A stretch of DNA of 51,285 nucleotides, from contig DAOTVV010000208.1 in the NCBI GenBank assembly GCA_034436255.1, positions 1 through 51,285 of the forward strand, written 5' to 3'. A program made the translations under genes and the position numbers. Shown one piece after another: positions 26,658 to 35,353 of the stretch. Within the stretch, counting starts at the first letter, position 1. Each line of letters opens with the position of its first letter. This DNA comes from Anaerolineae bacterium (GTDB lineage: Bacteria; Chloroflexota; Anaerolineae; DRVO01). Under the pieces are notes generated by a model. It made no database searches. It saw only the letters and a program-made list of their open reading frames with translations, and was not told the origin of the DNA.

Positions 26658-27421
26658 CGTTCCTCAATCTCAAACTCATCCAACAGATAGAGCATCTTCG
26701 TCGCGACCTCGGCCCGGCTGCGCCCTTCCTCAATGAGCGTCCTGACGCCTGCGCGCAGCCGGGTAAGGAAGTTCTCCACCTTGTCCAGGATCTCGGGGCC
26801 AGCGATCGGCCCGTGCCCTGGCACGATGACCCTCGGCTCCAGTTCCCGCATCCTGGCCAGAGCATCCAGCCACTCTTCGGAGTCCCCCTGGCCAACGAAC
26901 GGCGGCGTGCCATTCACCACCAGGTCTCCCGCGAACAGCACCTTTGCATCCTCAACAAAGAGCACACTGCTGGCCGGAGAGTGACCACCCAGCCGAATCA
27001 TCCTCAGGACTCGGCCACCGATGTAGAGGGTGAGGTTCTGGTCGAAGGTGAGTTCGGGTGCCGTCACCTGGAAATCCGCCAGCTGTTCCGCCACCTCGGG
27101 GGCCCAATCCCGGAAGTTGTCCAGAACGCGCTCGCGCATCGTTGGCGTGAAGCGCGCCAAGCCACGAAAGGCCCTTTCGTTCGCGATGGGCGGCGCCCCG
27201 AGAGCGCTGTCGCCTATCGCGTGGTTTGGGTGACTATCGGTAAGAAACAGGTAGGCGAAATCCGAACCCGTCTGCTCGCCCACAGCACGGCGCCAGGCCT
27301 CGGCCTCGCTCGGAATGATCGGGGCATCCACCAGCACGGCGCCCTCGAAGGTCAGCACACAGCCGACATTGGCGCCGTAGTACTCGGTGCCCACTAAGAT
27401 GTCTTCACCTACTTCCTGCAT
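26561..27421 (-). CDS. Metallo-beta-lactamase-fold hydrolase (variant first metal motif)
   Basis: The MBL motifs GGHSPAS, FAGDLV and VPGHGP are present. The HxHxDH position reads DSHPNH. Confidence 0.75.
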   Translation of the reverse strand: MQEVGEDILVGTEYYGANVGCVLTFEGAVLVDAPIIPSEAEAWRRAVGEQTGSDFAYLFLTDSHPNHAIGDSALGAPPIANERAFRGLARFTPTMRERVLDNFRDWAPEVAEQLADFQVTAPELTFDQNLTLYIGGRVLRMIRLGGHSPASSVLFVEDAKVLFAGDLVVNGTPPFVGQGDSEEWLDALARMRELEPRVIVPGHGPIAGPEILDKVENFLTRLRAGVRTLIEEGRSRAEVATKMLYLLDEFEIEERWRKRVERAFRTSVARVFEEMKPEIKSEPAES

Positions 27422-27459
27422 GTTTCGCCTTCACTCACCGTCATACCAGGCACCAAACA

Positions 27460-29052
27460 TCAGCGGAACACGACATAGAGCAGACTCACCGCCAGCACCA
27501 GGAAAACCAGCGCCGTCAACAGCTTGACCGTCGCCGTATGCCGGGAGATCATGCCGCGCAGGCTCTCCGAGCCGGTGCCGTAGGCGGTGACGCCGAACAC
27601 GGCCACTAGCGGCACGATAAACGCCAGGTTGTAGAGGAGCAGCATCGCCGTCGCATGCAGCCGCAATTCCGGCCGCCCGGCGACGAACATGATCGTGGGA
27701 AGGTACACCTGCCCGGTGCAGACCAACTCTATCCCGGAAACGACGACGCCGGTCAACAGGGAAACGGCCACTGTCGTCCCTGGCTTCATGCTGTCCCGGA
27801 TGGACTGGTTCACCCACTTGCGGAAGCGTGTCGGCAACCGCAGCCGCATCTCAGAAGTGGCGCCTTTGCGCGCCTGGAAGAAGTCGTACACGCTGAGCAC
27901 CGCAAACACGAGGCACAGGGCGCCCATGACACCGTAGACGAGCCGCGCCACGACGGGATAGCGGCCGAGCCAGGCGGCTACCTGGAACAGCCCCAGCCCC
28001 AGAAGCGTGTATGTGACAAACACGCCAAGCGTGAACGCTGACCCAGCCGCGAGAATGCCCGATCGGCTGCGACCGGTCAGTGTCAGGTAGGACACGAGAA
28101 AAACCAGGGTGGCGAAAGCGCAGGGGTTGATGCCATCTATCAGCCCATTGCCGACGACAGCCAGGACGCTGAACCGGCGGAAGCGTTCGATGATGCTCTG
28201 CTCCGACAGCGCCTTGTCCTTCTCCCAACCTTCCCAGGTGGGCGGCGCTCCGGTACTCGCATATTTGGCGGCCAGAGCCTGAATATTGCTCATCGTCACG
28301 TCGCTGCCAACAAGGTAATCGCTGCCAATGAACAGCGACGGGCCCACCAGGTGCTCGTTTTCCGGCAGTCCGTAATGCGTGCCCAGCCACTCGGCAAACG
28401 CCGCATCATCCACCGTGGACTTGCGCACGATCTGCATCTGGGGGTATTGCTTGGCCACTGCGTCCAGGGCCAACTCCGCCGCTGAGCACTCGTTGCAGCC
28501 TGGCTTGTACAGGAACACAACGTACATTGGCGGAGCCGAGACATCCGCAGCCGCTCCAGTGCTAACCCCCGAGGGCGTCAGCTGCGGTTGTGGCGTGGCC
28601 GCTTGCATCGTCGCTTGCGCTGTAGCCAGGGTGGCCATGACCTGGGCCCGGACCTCAGCGTACGGCGGCATCTTGATGCCGCCGGCCTTCAGCCCCTCAT
28701 CCACAACCTTGGCGAAATTGTCCTTGATCGAGAACTCTCCGACCATGACCGACCGCCCTATGAACAGCGTTGGCACGCCGCGTTGGTCGGCCTGAACGCC
28801 GTATAGGTTGTCCAGTGCTTCCATCACCTGAAGGTTGATGGGGTCTGAAACGGAGACCTTCTCGATCTGGATGCTGTTCCCGTACTTGGCGTACATCGTC
28901 GGCAGAAACTGATCAATGATGACATGGCAGTGGGGGCACGTCTCACTAAAGAACAATATGCCCTGCACCACCGGCTGATCGGCAGAAACACGAGCCGGTA
29001 ACATGACGAGAGACAGTATCAGGCCAAGCAGGAGAACGGACAGACGACGCAT
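27460..29052 (-). CDS. Fusion of two exported thioredoxin-fold domains (CPHC and CNEC) with a CcdA/DsbD-type membrane thiol-disulfide transporter domain
   Basis: It has the signal peptide MRRLSVLLLGLILSLVMLPARVSA, the Trx-like motifs FFSETCPHCH and YKPGCNECS, and a membrane domain with DGINPCAF and ELVCTGQVY. I chose the ATG at 29052 because of the signal peptide. The ORF-track start is at 29223. Confidence 0.75.
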   Translation of the reverse strand: MRRLSVLLLGLILSLVMLPARVSADQPVVQGILFFSETCPHCHVIIDQFLPTMYAKYGNSIQIEKVSVSDPINLQVMEALDNLYGVQADQRGVPTLFIGRSVMVGEFSIKDNFAKVVDEGLKAGGIKMPPYAEVRAQVMATLATAQATMQAATPQPQLTPSGVSTGAAADVSAPPMYVVFLYKPGCNECSAAELALDAVAKQYPQMQIVRKSTVDDAAFAEWLGTHYGLPENEHLVGPSLFIGSDYLVGSDVTMSNIQALAAKYASTGAPPTWEGWEKDKALSEQSIIERFRRFSVLAVVGNGLIDGINPCAFATLVFLVSYLTLTGRSRSGILAAGSAFTLGVFVTYTLLGLGLFQVAAWLGRYPVVARLVYGVMGALCLVFAVLSVYDFFQARKGATSEMRLRLPTRFRKWVNQSIRDSMKPGTTVAVSLLTGVVVSGIELVCTGQVYLPTIMFVAGRPELRLHATAMLLLYNLAFIVPLVAVFGVTAYGTGSESLRGMISRHTATVKLLTALVFLVLAVSLLYVVFR

Positions 29053-29245
29053 CAGGTGCAATTCACCAACCTCACCACCGGCCGTTGCCGGCCGGATGAC
29101 CCACCACGTGCCCCGGCAATCCACTGCCGACGCAGCCGCAGCCACACAACTACTACTCATATTGTATAGCTTCGGCGTCCGAAAAGGAAAGGCCGCGGTT
29201 GTTACCGCGGCCAATGATGGCAATTGGCAAGCGTAGCGGTGCGGG

Positions 29246-30406
29246 CTAGAGGGTTTTCTCGTAGATGCGGTAGGTCTTGTAGATCTTGCCGCCCAGCCTC
29301 TGGATGATGCGGTTCATCATCGGGTTGCTCTCCAGAATCCAGGACATCTCGCACTGCTTGTAGCCCTTGGCGAAGGCCTTCTTTGCTGTCTCCACATAGA
29401 AGCAGGCATCAATGCCCCGGCTGCGATAGCCCTCGATCACGCCCATGATCAGCAGCCGGAACAGACGCGGCTGATGGCGCCGGCGGTCCCAGAGGAACCT
29501 GATGCCATCGTAAGCGTAGCGCAGCATGCTCGCCCCCGGCTTCGGCTTGATCCGCAGCAGATTCTCGTTCACGTCCGGGATGGCCACTGAGATGCCGACC
29601 GGCTTCCCCTTGTCCTCGGCGAAGAAGATCATGTCCGGGTCGAGAAAAGGGCGCAGGCCCCGAGCCAGGTGCTCGATCTCGTGGTCAGTCATGGGCACGA
29701 AGCCCCAGTTGTGCGACCAGGCGGCGTTGTAGACCTCCTTGGCGCGCACCATCTCCTGTTCGAAAGTGGCCAGGTTGGCCGTACGGATGGTTATCTCGCC
29801 TTCCTGGAGAAGCTTGCGGCTGGCCTGGAGGAATTTGCGTGGCAGGTTGTCAACGTTTTCTTCGTAGAGGTTCGTGGCGATTATGTAGGCGTAAAGGTCC
29901 TGGGCTTTCACGTAGCCGGCGGACTCGATGAGCCGCTCGTAGTAAGGGGGGTTGTAAGTCATCATGGCCACCGGTGGCGAATCGTAGCCGCTGATCAGGA
30001 GGCCACACTCATCGTTGGTGGACATGTTCATCGGCCCGCGGATGGCCTGCATGCCCTGGTCGCGCACCCAAGCCTCGGCCGTGCGGAGCAGTTGGTTGGC
30101 CACGTCCTGGTCATTCACGCACTCGAAATGGCCCCAGAACCCTACCTGCTCCTTCTGGAACTCGTTATGACGATCGTTGATGATGGCGGCGATAGTGCCT
30201 ATGACCTCCCCGCCTCGTTTGGCCAGGTAAAGCTGCACCCGCGAGTGTTCGAAGAAGGGGTTCTTCTTGGGGTTGAAGAACAGCATGCGCTCATGAAACA
30301 GCGGCGGCACCCAGTAAGGATCATCCTTGTAGACCTTCCAGGGGAAGGCCACGAATTCCTTCAGTTGATCCTGATTCCGAACAGGCTCGATGACGGCCTC
30401 AGCCAT
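29246..30406 (-). CDS. Large (~386 aa) putative acyl-CoA N-acyltransferase-fold protein (GNAT-like), function unknown
   Basis: The N-terminal FPWKVYKDDPYWVPPL...NPFFEH pattern is one I recognise from a widespread uncharacterised GNAT-like family. The ATG at 30406 has AAGGA 8 nt upstream. Confidence 0.5.
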   Translation of the reverse strand: MAEAVIEPVRNQDQLKEFVAFPWKVYKDDPYWVPPLFHERMLFFNPKKNPFFEHSRVQLYLAKRGGEVIGTIAAIINDRHNEFQKEQVGFWGHFECVNDQDVANQLLRTAEAWVRDQGMQAIRGPMNMSTNDECGLLISGYDSPPVAMMTYNPPYYERLIESAGYVKAQDLYAYIIATNLYEENVDNLPRKFLQASRKLLQEGEITIRTANLATFEQEMVRAKEVYNAAWSHNWGFVPMTDHEIEHLARGLRPFLDPDMIFFAEDKGKPVGISVAIPDVNENLLRIKPKPGASMLRYAYDGIRFLWDRRRHQPRLFRLLIMGVIEGYRSRGIDACFYVETAKKAFAKGYKQCEMSWILESNPMMNRIIQRLGGKIYKTYRIYEKTL

Positions 30407-30502
30407 ACCACTAGTCCTTTCCGCCTGCGGAGTAGATTCGGAGAGGGGCAGCACACAGCCACCTGTCTGCTATTGCTATCCTACTCGCCAGGCCAGCCCA
30501 TG

Positions 30503-31087
30503 TCAATGCCCCGGATCTGAAGCCAGAGGCAGGGCCAGCAACTCTTCGGCGCCGCGTATCTGTGCCAGTATTCGCTGCCAGCGCTCAGCGTGGCTGATGT
30601 CGGTGATTAGAGGCCGGAAACCGAGACGAAGATAGGTGCGGATCGCTGGCAGCCGCTCATCGTCGGTCAGTAGAAAGGCGCTGCCGAAACCCCGGCCGGC
30701 GATGTGCCTGAGCGTAGCCAAACATACTTGATAGCCCACATTGCGGCCACGATGCTCCGGCAAGCACGCTACCCAACCCAACTCCGCCTCGCCCGTGTCG
30801 TCATGCATAGTGAAACACGCGGTGGCCACGGGCGTGCCGCACCTGCTGACGATGTGGATGCCATCGCGCATGACATGCGCCGGCGAGCCTGACAGACAGG
30901 CCCGCGCCTTTTCTACGGTCCAGTGGCCCATGTTCAGAGCGCCGTTGAGCACGTCTATCCAGTCCTGCTCGCGGCCTGGCTCCATGACGGCGAGTTCATA
31001 GCCATCCGGAAGCTGCACCGGTGGCAGGTACCTCAGATGAGTGACCATCATTCGCAGCTGTGGTTGCGATCCATTGCCCATTTGCAT
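30503..31087 (-). CDS. GNAT-family N-acetyltransferase
   Basis: The acetyl-CoA-binding region is LPEHRGRNVGYQVCLATLRHIAGRGF. The C-terminal Y.RLGF motif (YLRLGFRP) is also present. Confidence 0.75.
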   Translation of the reverse strand: MQMGNGSQPQLRMMVTHLRYLPPVQLPDGYELAVMEPGREQDWIDVLNGALNMGHWTVEKARACLSGSPAHVMRDGIHIVSRCGTPVATACFTMHDDTGEAELGWVACLPEHRGRNVGYQVCLATLRHIAGRGFGSAFLLTDDERLPAIRTYLRLGFRPLITDISHAERWQRILAQIRGAEELLALPLASDPGH

Positions 31088-31378
31088 TCACCTGCGGATA
31101 GTGTTGCTGCCGGCTGGCGCCGAGCCGCCATTGTACCACCACGCCCCCGGTAAGGCAGGCCGGGGCCCACGATCAGTTCTTACGGGGCCTTTACGGCGGC
31201 GACCCTAAGCGAGTATTGACAAAGATGTCTGCATCAGGCAAACTCAAGATAGCCGTTGTTATCCGTTTCGACCGCGCAAGCCTCTTGGCCGCCGCACTGG
31301 CGGTTGCCTGCGTTGTCATCTTGCCTTTACTCAGGCCGTCACTCTCCCCCGAACTTGTTGCCAATAAGGAGAAGAGCC

Positions 31379-32548
31379 ATGAATACCCGCCGCAGTTTGG
31401 CCTTGGTCGCCGGTGGCATAGCCCTACTCACTCTGCTCGCCTGCGGGCCTTTCTCGCTGGGTAGCGCCAAGTCCGCCGCGAGCACTAGCGTCGCCAAGAC
31501 GGTGGAAACGGCGGTTGCCACCGTCAAGTCCGAGATATCCACCACAATAGCTGAACCGACCGCCACACCGGCCGCCGCTGAGGTGTCGGCTGCCAATCCC
31601 ACCGCCACCCCCGAGGCGGAGAGCGCTGCGACTTCGGCCACTGCCGAGCAAGGCGGCGTCGTCCTGCCCGATCTTTCCAGTTCGCTCGAAGGCGTCAACA
31701 GTTACAGCGCCGTCTTCGAGATCAGCGCCATTGACAAGAGCACACCAGAGGCCCAGCCCCAGACCTGGAAGATGACCGAAGAGGTAGACCAGCAGAAGCA
31801 AGCGCAGCACGTCGTCATGGAGGGCGTCGGGCAGGATGGGAAGGCCTTCACCATCGAATCCATCCAGATCGGCCAGGATTCCTGGATCAAGATGGGCGAC
31901 AGCTGGATGCAGTCCAAGTCCGGCGATACGCAGAGCCCAACCGGCAGCCTGAGCAGCTTCATGACTCAGGGCAACAGCATGCTGGAAGGGGTGAGGAACC
32001 CGCAACTCGTGGAGAAGGGCGTGCAGTTGAACGGCTTCACGACCGACCACTACAAGTTTAGCGAGACGGATGCCGTCGGGCTGGCCGCTGGTGCCAAGGT
32101 TAGCGGCGAGACATGGCTGTCTCAGGACGGCAAGTACATCATCAAGCTCATCACTCATGTCGAGGGCTACTCGCTGAGTGGTGAGGCCAGCAACGCCAGC
32201 ATGGACATGACCTGGGAACTCCTCAGCCTCAACCAGCCAGTGAACATCATCCCGCCAGACATGGGGGCCACACTGCCCGTGATGGACGGGGCGATACAGG
32301 ACAGCAACTACTTCATCTCGGCGGGCATGGCCAGTTACGACATCAAGAGCACTGTGGCCGACGTGCTCAAGTGGTATGAGACGAAACTCACCGGCGATGG
32401 CTGGAACAAGACGGGCGAGGACGTCACCAATGGCATGGCCACCTATGAGAAATCGGGCGATAGTATCACCCTGATGGTGGCCGCCAAAGAGGGGAGTGAC
32501 GGCCTGGTCAGCGTCACGATCATGGAGTCCAAGGCTTCGTCCGGCTAG
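31379..32548 (+). CDS. Lipoprotein with a long Ala/Thr/Pro-rich linker, function unknown
   Basis: MNTRRSLALVAGGIALLTLLACGP contains a lipobox. An AAGGAG RBS lies upstream of the ATG at 31379. The ORF-track start at 31256 lacks both features. Confidence 0.7.
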   Translation: MNTRRSLALVAGGIALLTLLACGPFSLGSAKSAASTSVAKTVETAVATVKSEISTTIAEPTATPAAAEVSAANPTATPEAESAATSATAEQGGVVLPDLSSSLEGVNSYSAVFEISAIDKSTPEAQPQTWKMTEEVDQQKQAQHVVMEGVGQDGKAFTIESIQIGQDSWIKMGDSWMQSKSGDTQSPTGSLSSFMTQGNSMLEGVRNPQLVEKGVQLNGFTTDHYKFSETDAVGLAAGAKVSGETWLSQDGKYIIKLITHVEGYSLSGEASNASMDMTWELLSLNQPVNIIPPDMGATLPVMDGAIQDSNYFISAGMASYDIKSTVADVLKWYETKLTGDGWNKTGEDVTNGMATYEKSGDSITLMVAAKEGSDGLVSVTIMESKASSG

Positions 32549-32581
32549 CTGCGGCTCAGAGCCGCGTTTCGCCCTTTAGCG

Positions 32582-32623
32582 ACAAAGAACCCCTTCGTCG
32601 TCGTGACTGAAGGGGTTCTTTGT
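32582..32623 (+). terminator. Strong hairpin (15-bp stem) downstream of the lipoprotein gene
   Basis: ACAAAGAACCCCTTC (32582-32596) pairs with GAAGGGGTTCTTTGT (32609-32623), with a 12-nt loop. A T-rich run lies within and just after the 3' arm. Confidence 0.6.
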
Positions 32624-32648
32624 GCCTGATGCATGCATTTCGTAAAAT
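32620..32648 (+). promoter_or_regulatory. Predicted trxB promoter: TTGTGC, 17-nt spacer, TAAAAT
   Basis: The hexamers are at 32620-32625 and 32643-32648. AAGGAG (32669-32674) lies 6 nt before the ATG. Confidence 0.45.
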
Positions 32649-32680
32649 GAGCACGATCTGAACAACCCAAGGAGCGTTAG

Positions 32681-33634
32681 ATGCGTGAAGTGATTATTGT
32701 CGGCAGCGGTCCGGCCGGCCTCAGCGCCGCCCTCTATGCCGCTCGTTACCAGCGGCAGCCTCTAGTGGTCGCCGGCCAGGCTGTGGGCGGCAACCTGCTG
32801 TACATAAGCCACCTCGAGAATTACCCCGGTTTCGCCGACGGCATCGAAGGGCCGTCCCTGGCCAGTGCCATGCAGAGGCAGGCGGAGAACTTCGGCGCCG
32901 AGTTCCTGTTCGATTCGGCCACCGGCGTAGATTTCCGCCAGCAACCGCTGAAGGTGGAGTTATCCTCAGGCACTGTCGAGGAAGCCAAAGCCGTGATCAT
33001 CGCCACAGGCACCGTGCCCAGCAAACTGGGAGTGCCCGGCGAGGAGCGGTTCATGGGCAGAGGCATCTCTTACTGCGCCACCTGCGATGGCTTCTTCTAC
33101 CGCGGCAAGACGGTGGCCGTCATTGGGGGCGGCAATTCCTGCCTGCAAGAGGCCGTCGAGTTGACCCAATATGCGAGCAAGGTGATCGTGGTGCACCGGC
33201 GCAAGCAACTGCGCGCGATGCTGATGCTACAGGAGACGGTTTTCAACCACCCCAAGATCGAGACCAGGCTTGGTTATGTCGTCGAGGAAGTGCTCGGGGA
33301 TGGTAAGGTCACAGGCATCAGGCTGAAGGACGTCCAGACAGGCGAGCGGTCGGAGTTGCCGGTTGATGGTGTCTTCATCTATGTCGGTTCCAAGCCCAAC
33401 AGTGGCTTTCTGCAGGGCCAGGTCCAGCTGGATGAGCACGGCTACGTTGTTGCCGACGAGTACGGGCGCACCAGCGCCCCTGGGGTCTTCGTCGCCGGCG
33501 ATCTGCGCCAGGGCGCCACTGCTCAGGTTATCATCGCTGCCGGTTCGGGAGCGCAGGCAGCCATGACCGCCGAGACGTTCCTGGAGCAGGGCCTGCAAGC
33601 CTACAGCATGTCCACACCGGAGCGGCAGTCCTGA
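32681..33634 (+). CDS. trxB: Thioredoxin-disulfide reductase
   Basis: It has the FAD motif VGSGPAG, the redox-active CATCDG, the NADPH motif GGGNS and the C-terminal GD.R motif. Confidence 0.93.
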   Translation: MREVIIVGSGPAGLSAALYAARYQRQPLVVAGQAVGGNLLYISHLENYPGFADGIEGPSLASAMQRQAENFGAEFLFDSATGVDFRQQPLKVELSSGTVEEAKAVIIATGTVPSKLGVPGEERFMGRGISYCATCDGFFYRGKTVAVIGGGNSCLQEAVELTQYASKVIVVHRRKQLRAMLMLQETVFNHPKIETRLGYVVEEVLGDGKVTGIRLKDVQTGERSELPVDGVFIYVGSKPNSGFLQGQVQLDEHGYVVADEYGRTSAPGVFVAGDLRQGATAQVIIAAGSGAQAAMTAETFLEQGLQAYSMSTPERQS

Positions 33635-33665
33635 CCTCGGCGGCCAGGCGCGCAAGTTGGCCCGG

Positions 33666-34235
33666 TCACCAGCCTGCCAGGAAGCGTTGCCAACCCTGGT
33701 TATCAGCCAGGTAGGGGCCAAACAGGTAATCGAGGCTGGAGGGCGGCTCGTACGGGCGGTAGCGCAGTGTGAGGTGCGCTTCCTCGGGCGTCAGGCCGCC
33801 CTTCTTGCGGTTACAGCGAGCACAGGCTGTCACCAGGTTGTCCCAGGAGTGCGTGCCACCGCGATGCCTGGGGATGACGTGGTCTATGGTCAGTTGCTGC
33901 GATCTCTGGCCGCAGTAAGCACAACGATAGCCATCGCGCCGGAATAGCTCCCGCTTGCTCAGGCGCACGCGGGGCCTCGGCCTCTGCACAACATAAGTGA
34001 GGCGTATAACCGACGGGCGCGGAAAGACGCCACTGCCCGTGCGCACCTCGCCCCGACCGTTCTCGACGACGCTCGCCTTGCCCAGCACCAACAACAGCAG
34101 CGCCCGCCTGGTGCTACAGACGTTGAGCGGCTGGTAGTTACCGTTGAGCACGAGAACCGGCTGGCCCAGACCTCTAGCTTTCAGCTTATCCACGGCTCCA
34201 AATGCTATCACCGCCCGCGGCCAGACGCCAGCCAA
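33666..34235 (-). CDS. HNH endonuclease-domain protein (COG1403/McrA-like)
   Basis: CAYCG...LTIDHVIPRHRGGTHSWDNLVTACARCNRKKG is an HNH beta-beta-alpha-Me motif with a zinc-binding Cys pattern. The start is uncertain (TTG 34235, or GTG 34211 or 34193). Confidence 0.8.
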   Translation of the reverse strand: MAGVWPRAVIAFGAVDKLKARGLGQPVLVLNGNYQPLNVCSTRRALLLLVLGKASVVENGRGEVRTGSGVFPRPSVIRLTYVVQRPRPRVRLSKRELFRRDGYRCAYCGQRSQQLTIDHVIPRHRGGTHSWDNLVTACARCNRKKGGLTPEEAHLTLRYRPYEPPSSLDYLFGPYLADNQGWQRFLAGW

Positions 34236-34272
34236 AGGCGCCGGGCCACGGCACGGGCCGCCATGCCGGGTT

Positions 34273-35133
34273 CTATTCGAACCCCAGTTTCAGCTCACTC
34301 AGCAGTGCACGCAGGTTGTCTACGCAGGCGCGCACCTGGTCGGTGGGCCCAGGCTCTCCGGGCTTGAAATGCGGCTCCAGGGTCAGAGCCCCATCGTAGC
34401 CATCCCTGGCGAGAGCCTGGAACATGTCACGGAAGTTCACCTCGCCCGTGCCGAACACCGTGCCGTGCGGCTCGGCGCCCTTTGTGCTCACGTCCTTCAC
34501 GTGTACGTGGTAGATGCGATCCTTCACCACCGCATAGCCGTCAGGGTAAGCTTCAACGCCCGCCCACTGAGCGTTCCCGGCATCCCACATTATGCCCAAC
34601 GATGGTGAGCCAACAGCTTTGACCAGGTCGCGCACCTCTGCCGGCGTACCACCGTTGCAGGACGTCTCATTCTCCATCGCCAGGGTCAGGCCGAGGTCAT
34701 GCGCTCGCCCGCTAACGTACTTTAGCCGCTCGACAACTTCCGGGAACACTGCCTGGGGATCTGGCTCGCGCCAGAAAGAGAAGCAACGGGTGATACCTGT
34801 GCCGAACACGCCGGCCAGGTAGCCGCAGCGTTCCAGGATCGTCAGATGCTCGGCGTATGTGTTAGCCTGCGAGAAGAAGGCGTCTCCGGCAGGGCCAGCT
34901 TTCGGCTCGTTCAGATAGCACTTGAGAAGCGGCGAACCGATTGCGACTATGCCCAGGCCATGCTCATCGAGCAGCCGCTTCACCCTGGCCACGCCAGCAT
35001 CGTCAAGGTCCACCAGGTTCGTACGGTCTACCGTCCGCACTTCCACGTACTTCAGCCCCCAGGCCTGGATCAGGTCCAGGGCCTTCTCAAAGTCGTGGCT
35101 CACCTCATCGGTGAAGATCGCTAGCTTCCACAT
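34273..35133 (-). CDS. Sugar phosphate isomerase/epimerase (xylose isomerase-like TIM barrel)
   Basis: The AP_endonuc_2-type pattern is present: MKLAIFTDE-like start (MWKLAIFTDEVS), LAMENE and HVHVKD. Confidence 0.8.
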   Translation of the reverse strand: MWKLAIFTDEVSHDFEKALDLIQAWGLKYVEVRTVDRTNLVDLDDAGVARVKRLLDEHGLGIVAIGSPLLKCYLNEPKAGPAGDAFFSQANTYAEHLTILERCGYLAGVFGTGITRCFSFWREPDPQAVFPEVVERLKYVSGRAHDLGLTLAMENETSCNGGTPAEVRDLVKAVGSPSLGIMWDAGNAQWAGVEAYPDGYAVVKDRIYHVHVKDVSTKGAEPHGTVFGTGEVNFRDMFQALARDGYDGALTLEPHFKPGEPGPTDQVRACVDNLRALLSELKLGFE

Positions 35134-35233
35134 TGCGTGTCCTCCTCATCGGTAACAACAGCATCGGTCCGGCCGTCCCCGCGCCATTCTCTGCCGCTGG
35201 CGAGGGCGCAGCCTCGCGGCCGGATCAGGGGCG

Positions 35234-35262
35234 ATTATAACTGCTGGCAGCGCCCTGCTCAA
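35234..35262 (-). promoter_or_regulatory. Predicted promoter: TTGAGC, 17-nt spacer, TATAAT (minus strand)
   Basis: A perfect -10 corresponds to plus-strand 35234-35239 and the -35 to plus-strand 35257-35262. This implies a ~94-nt leader before the ATG at 35133. Confidence 0.5.
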
Positions 35263-35280
35263 TGGATCAATGGATCATGG
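35260..35280. repeat. Tandem octamer CAATGGAT, two copies plus a partial third (CATGG), overlapping and upstream of the -35 element
   Basis: Copies are at 35260-35267 and 35268-35275, with a partial copy at 35276-35280. Confidence 0.5.
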
Positions 35281-35353
35281 CCGCGGCTGCCTTCTCGTGC
35301 CAGCGCTCCTTTGGTGCTCAGGCTGGTTCCGGCCGGCCACCCGGCTCGCTGCC

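Noticed and set aside
26315-27397. A 360-aa plus-strand ORF opposite the MBL-fold and lepB genes.
   Set aside because: It is antisense to two genes with clear catalytic motifs. Its composition (Arg/Pro/Gly/Ala-rich) is typical of spurious GC-rich ORFs.
31216-31464. An 82-aa ORF with one hydrophobic segment upstream of and overlapping the lipoprotein gene start, considered as a possible small membrane protein.
   Set aside because: Third-position GC is visibly lower than in neighbouring genes. It runs 85 nt into the lipoprotein gene, which has a strong AAGGAG RBS and a lipobox signal peptide. Its first codon, TTG, is the -35-like TTGACA hexamer. It is probably untranslated leader.
33666-34235. 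The HNH endonuclease gene, considered as a marker of a restriction/defence system or homing element.
   Set aside because: It stands alone between trxB and a sugar isomerase gene. There is no methyltransferase, ATPase, intein or intron context, flanking repeats or integrase. The N-terminal VLVLN..Y.PL domain plus HNH is a widespread conserved stand-alone family in GC-rich Gram-positive-type lineages.
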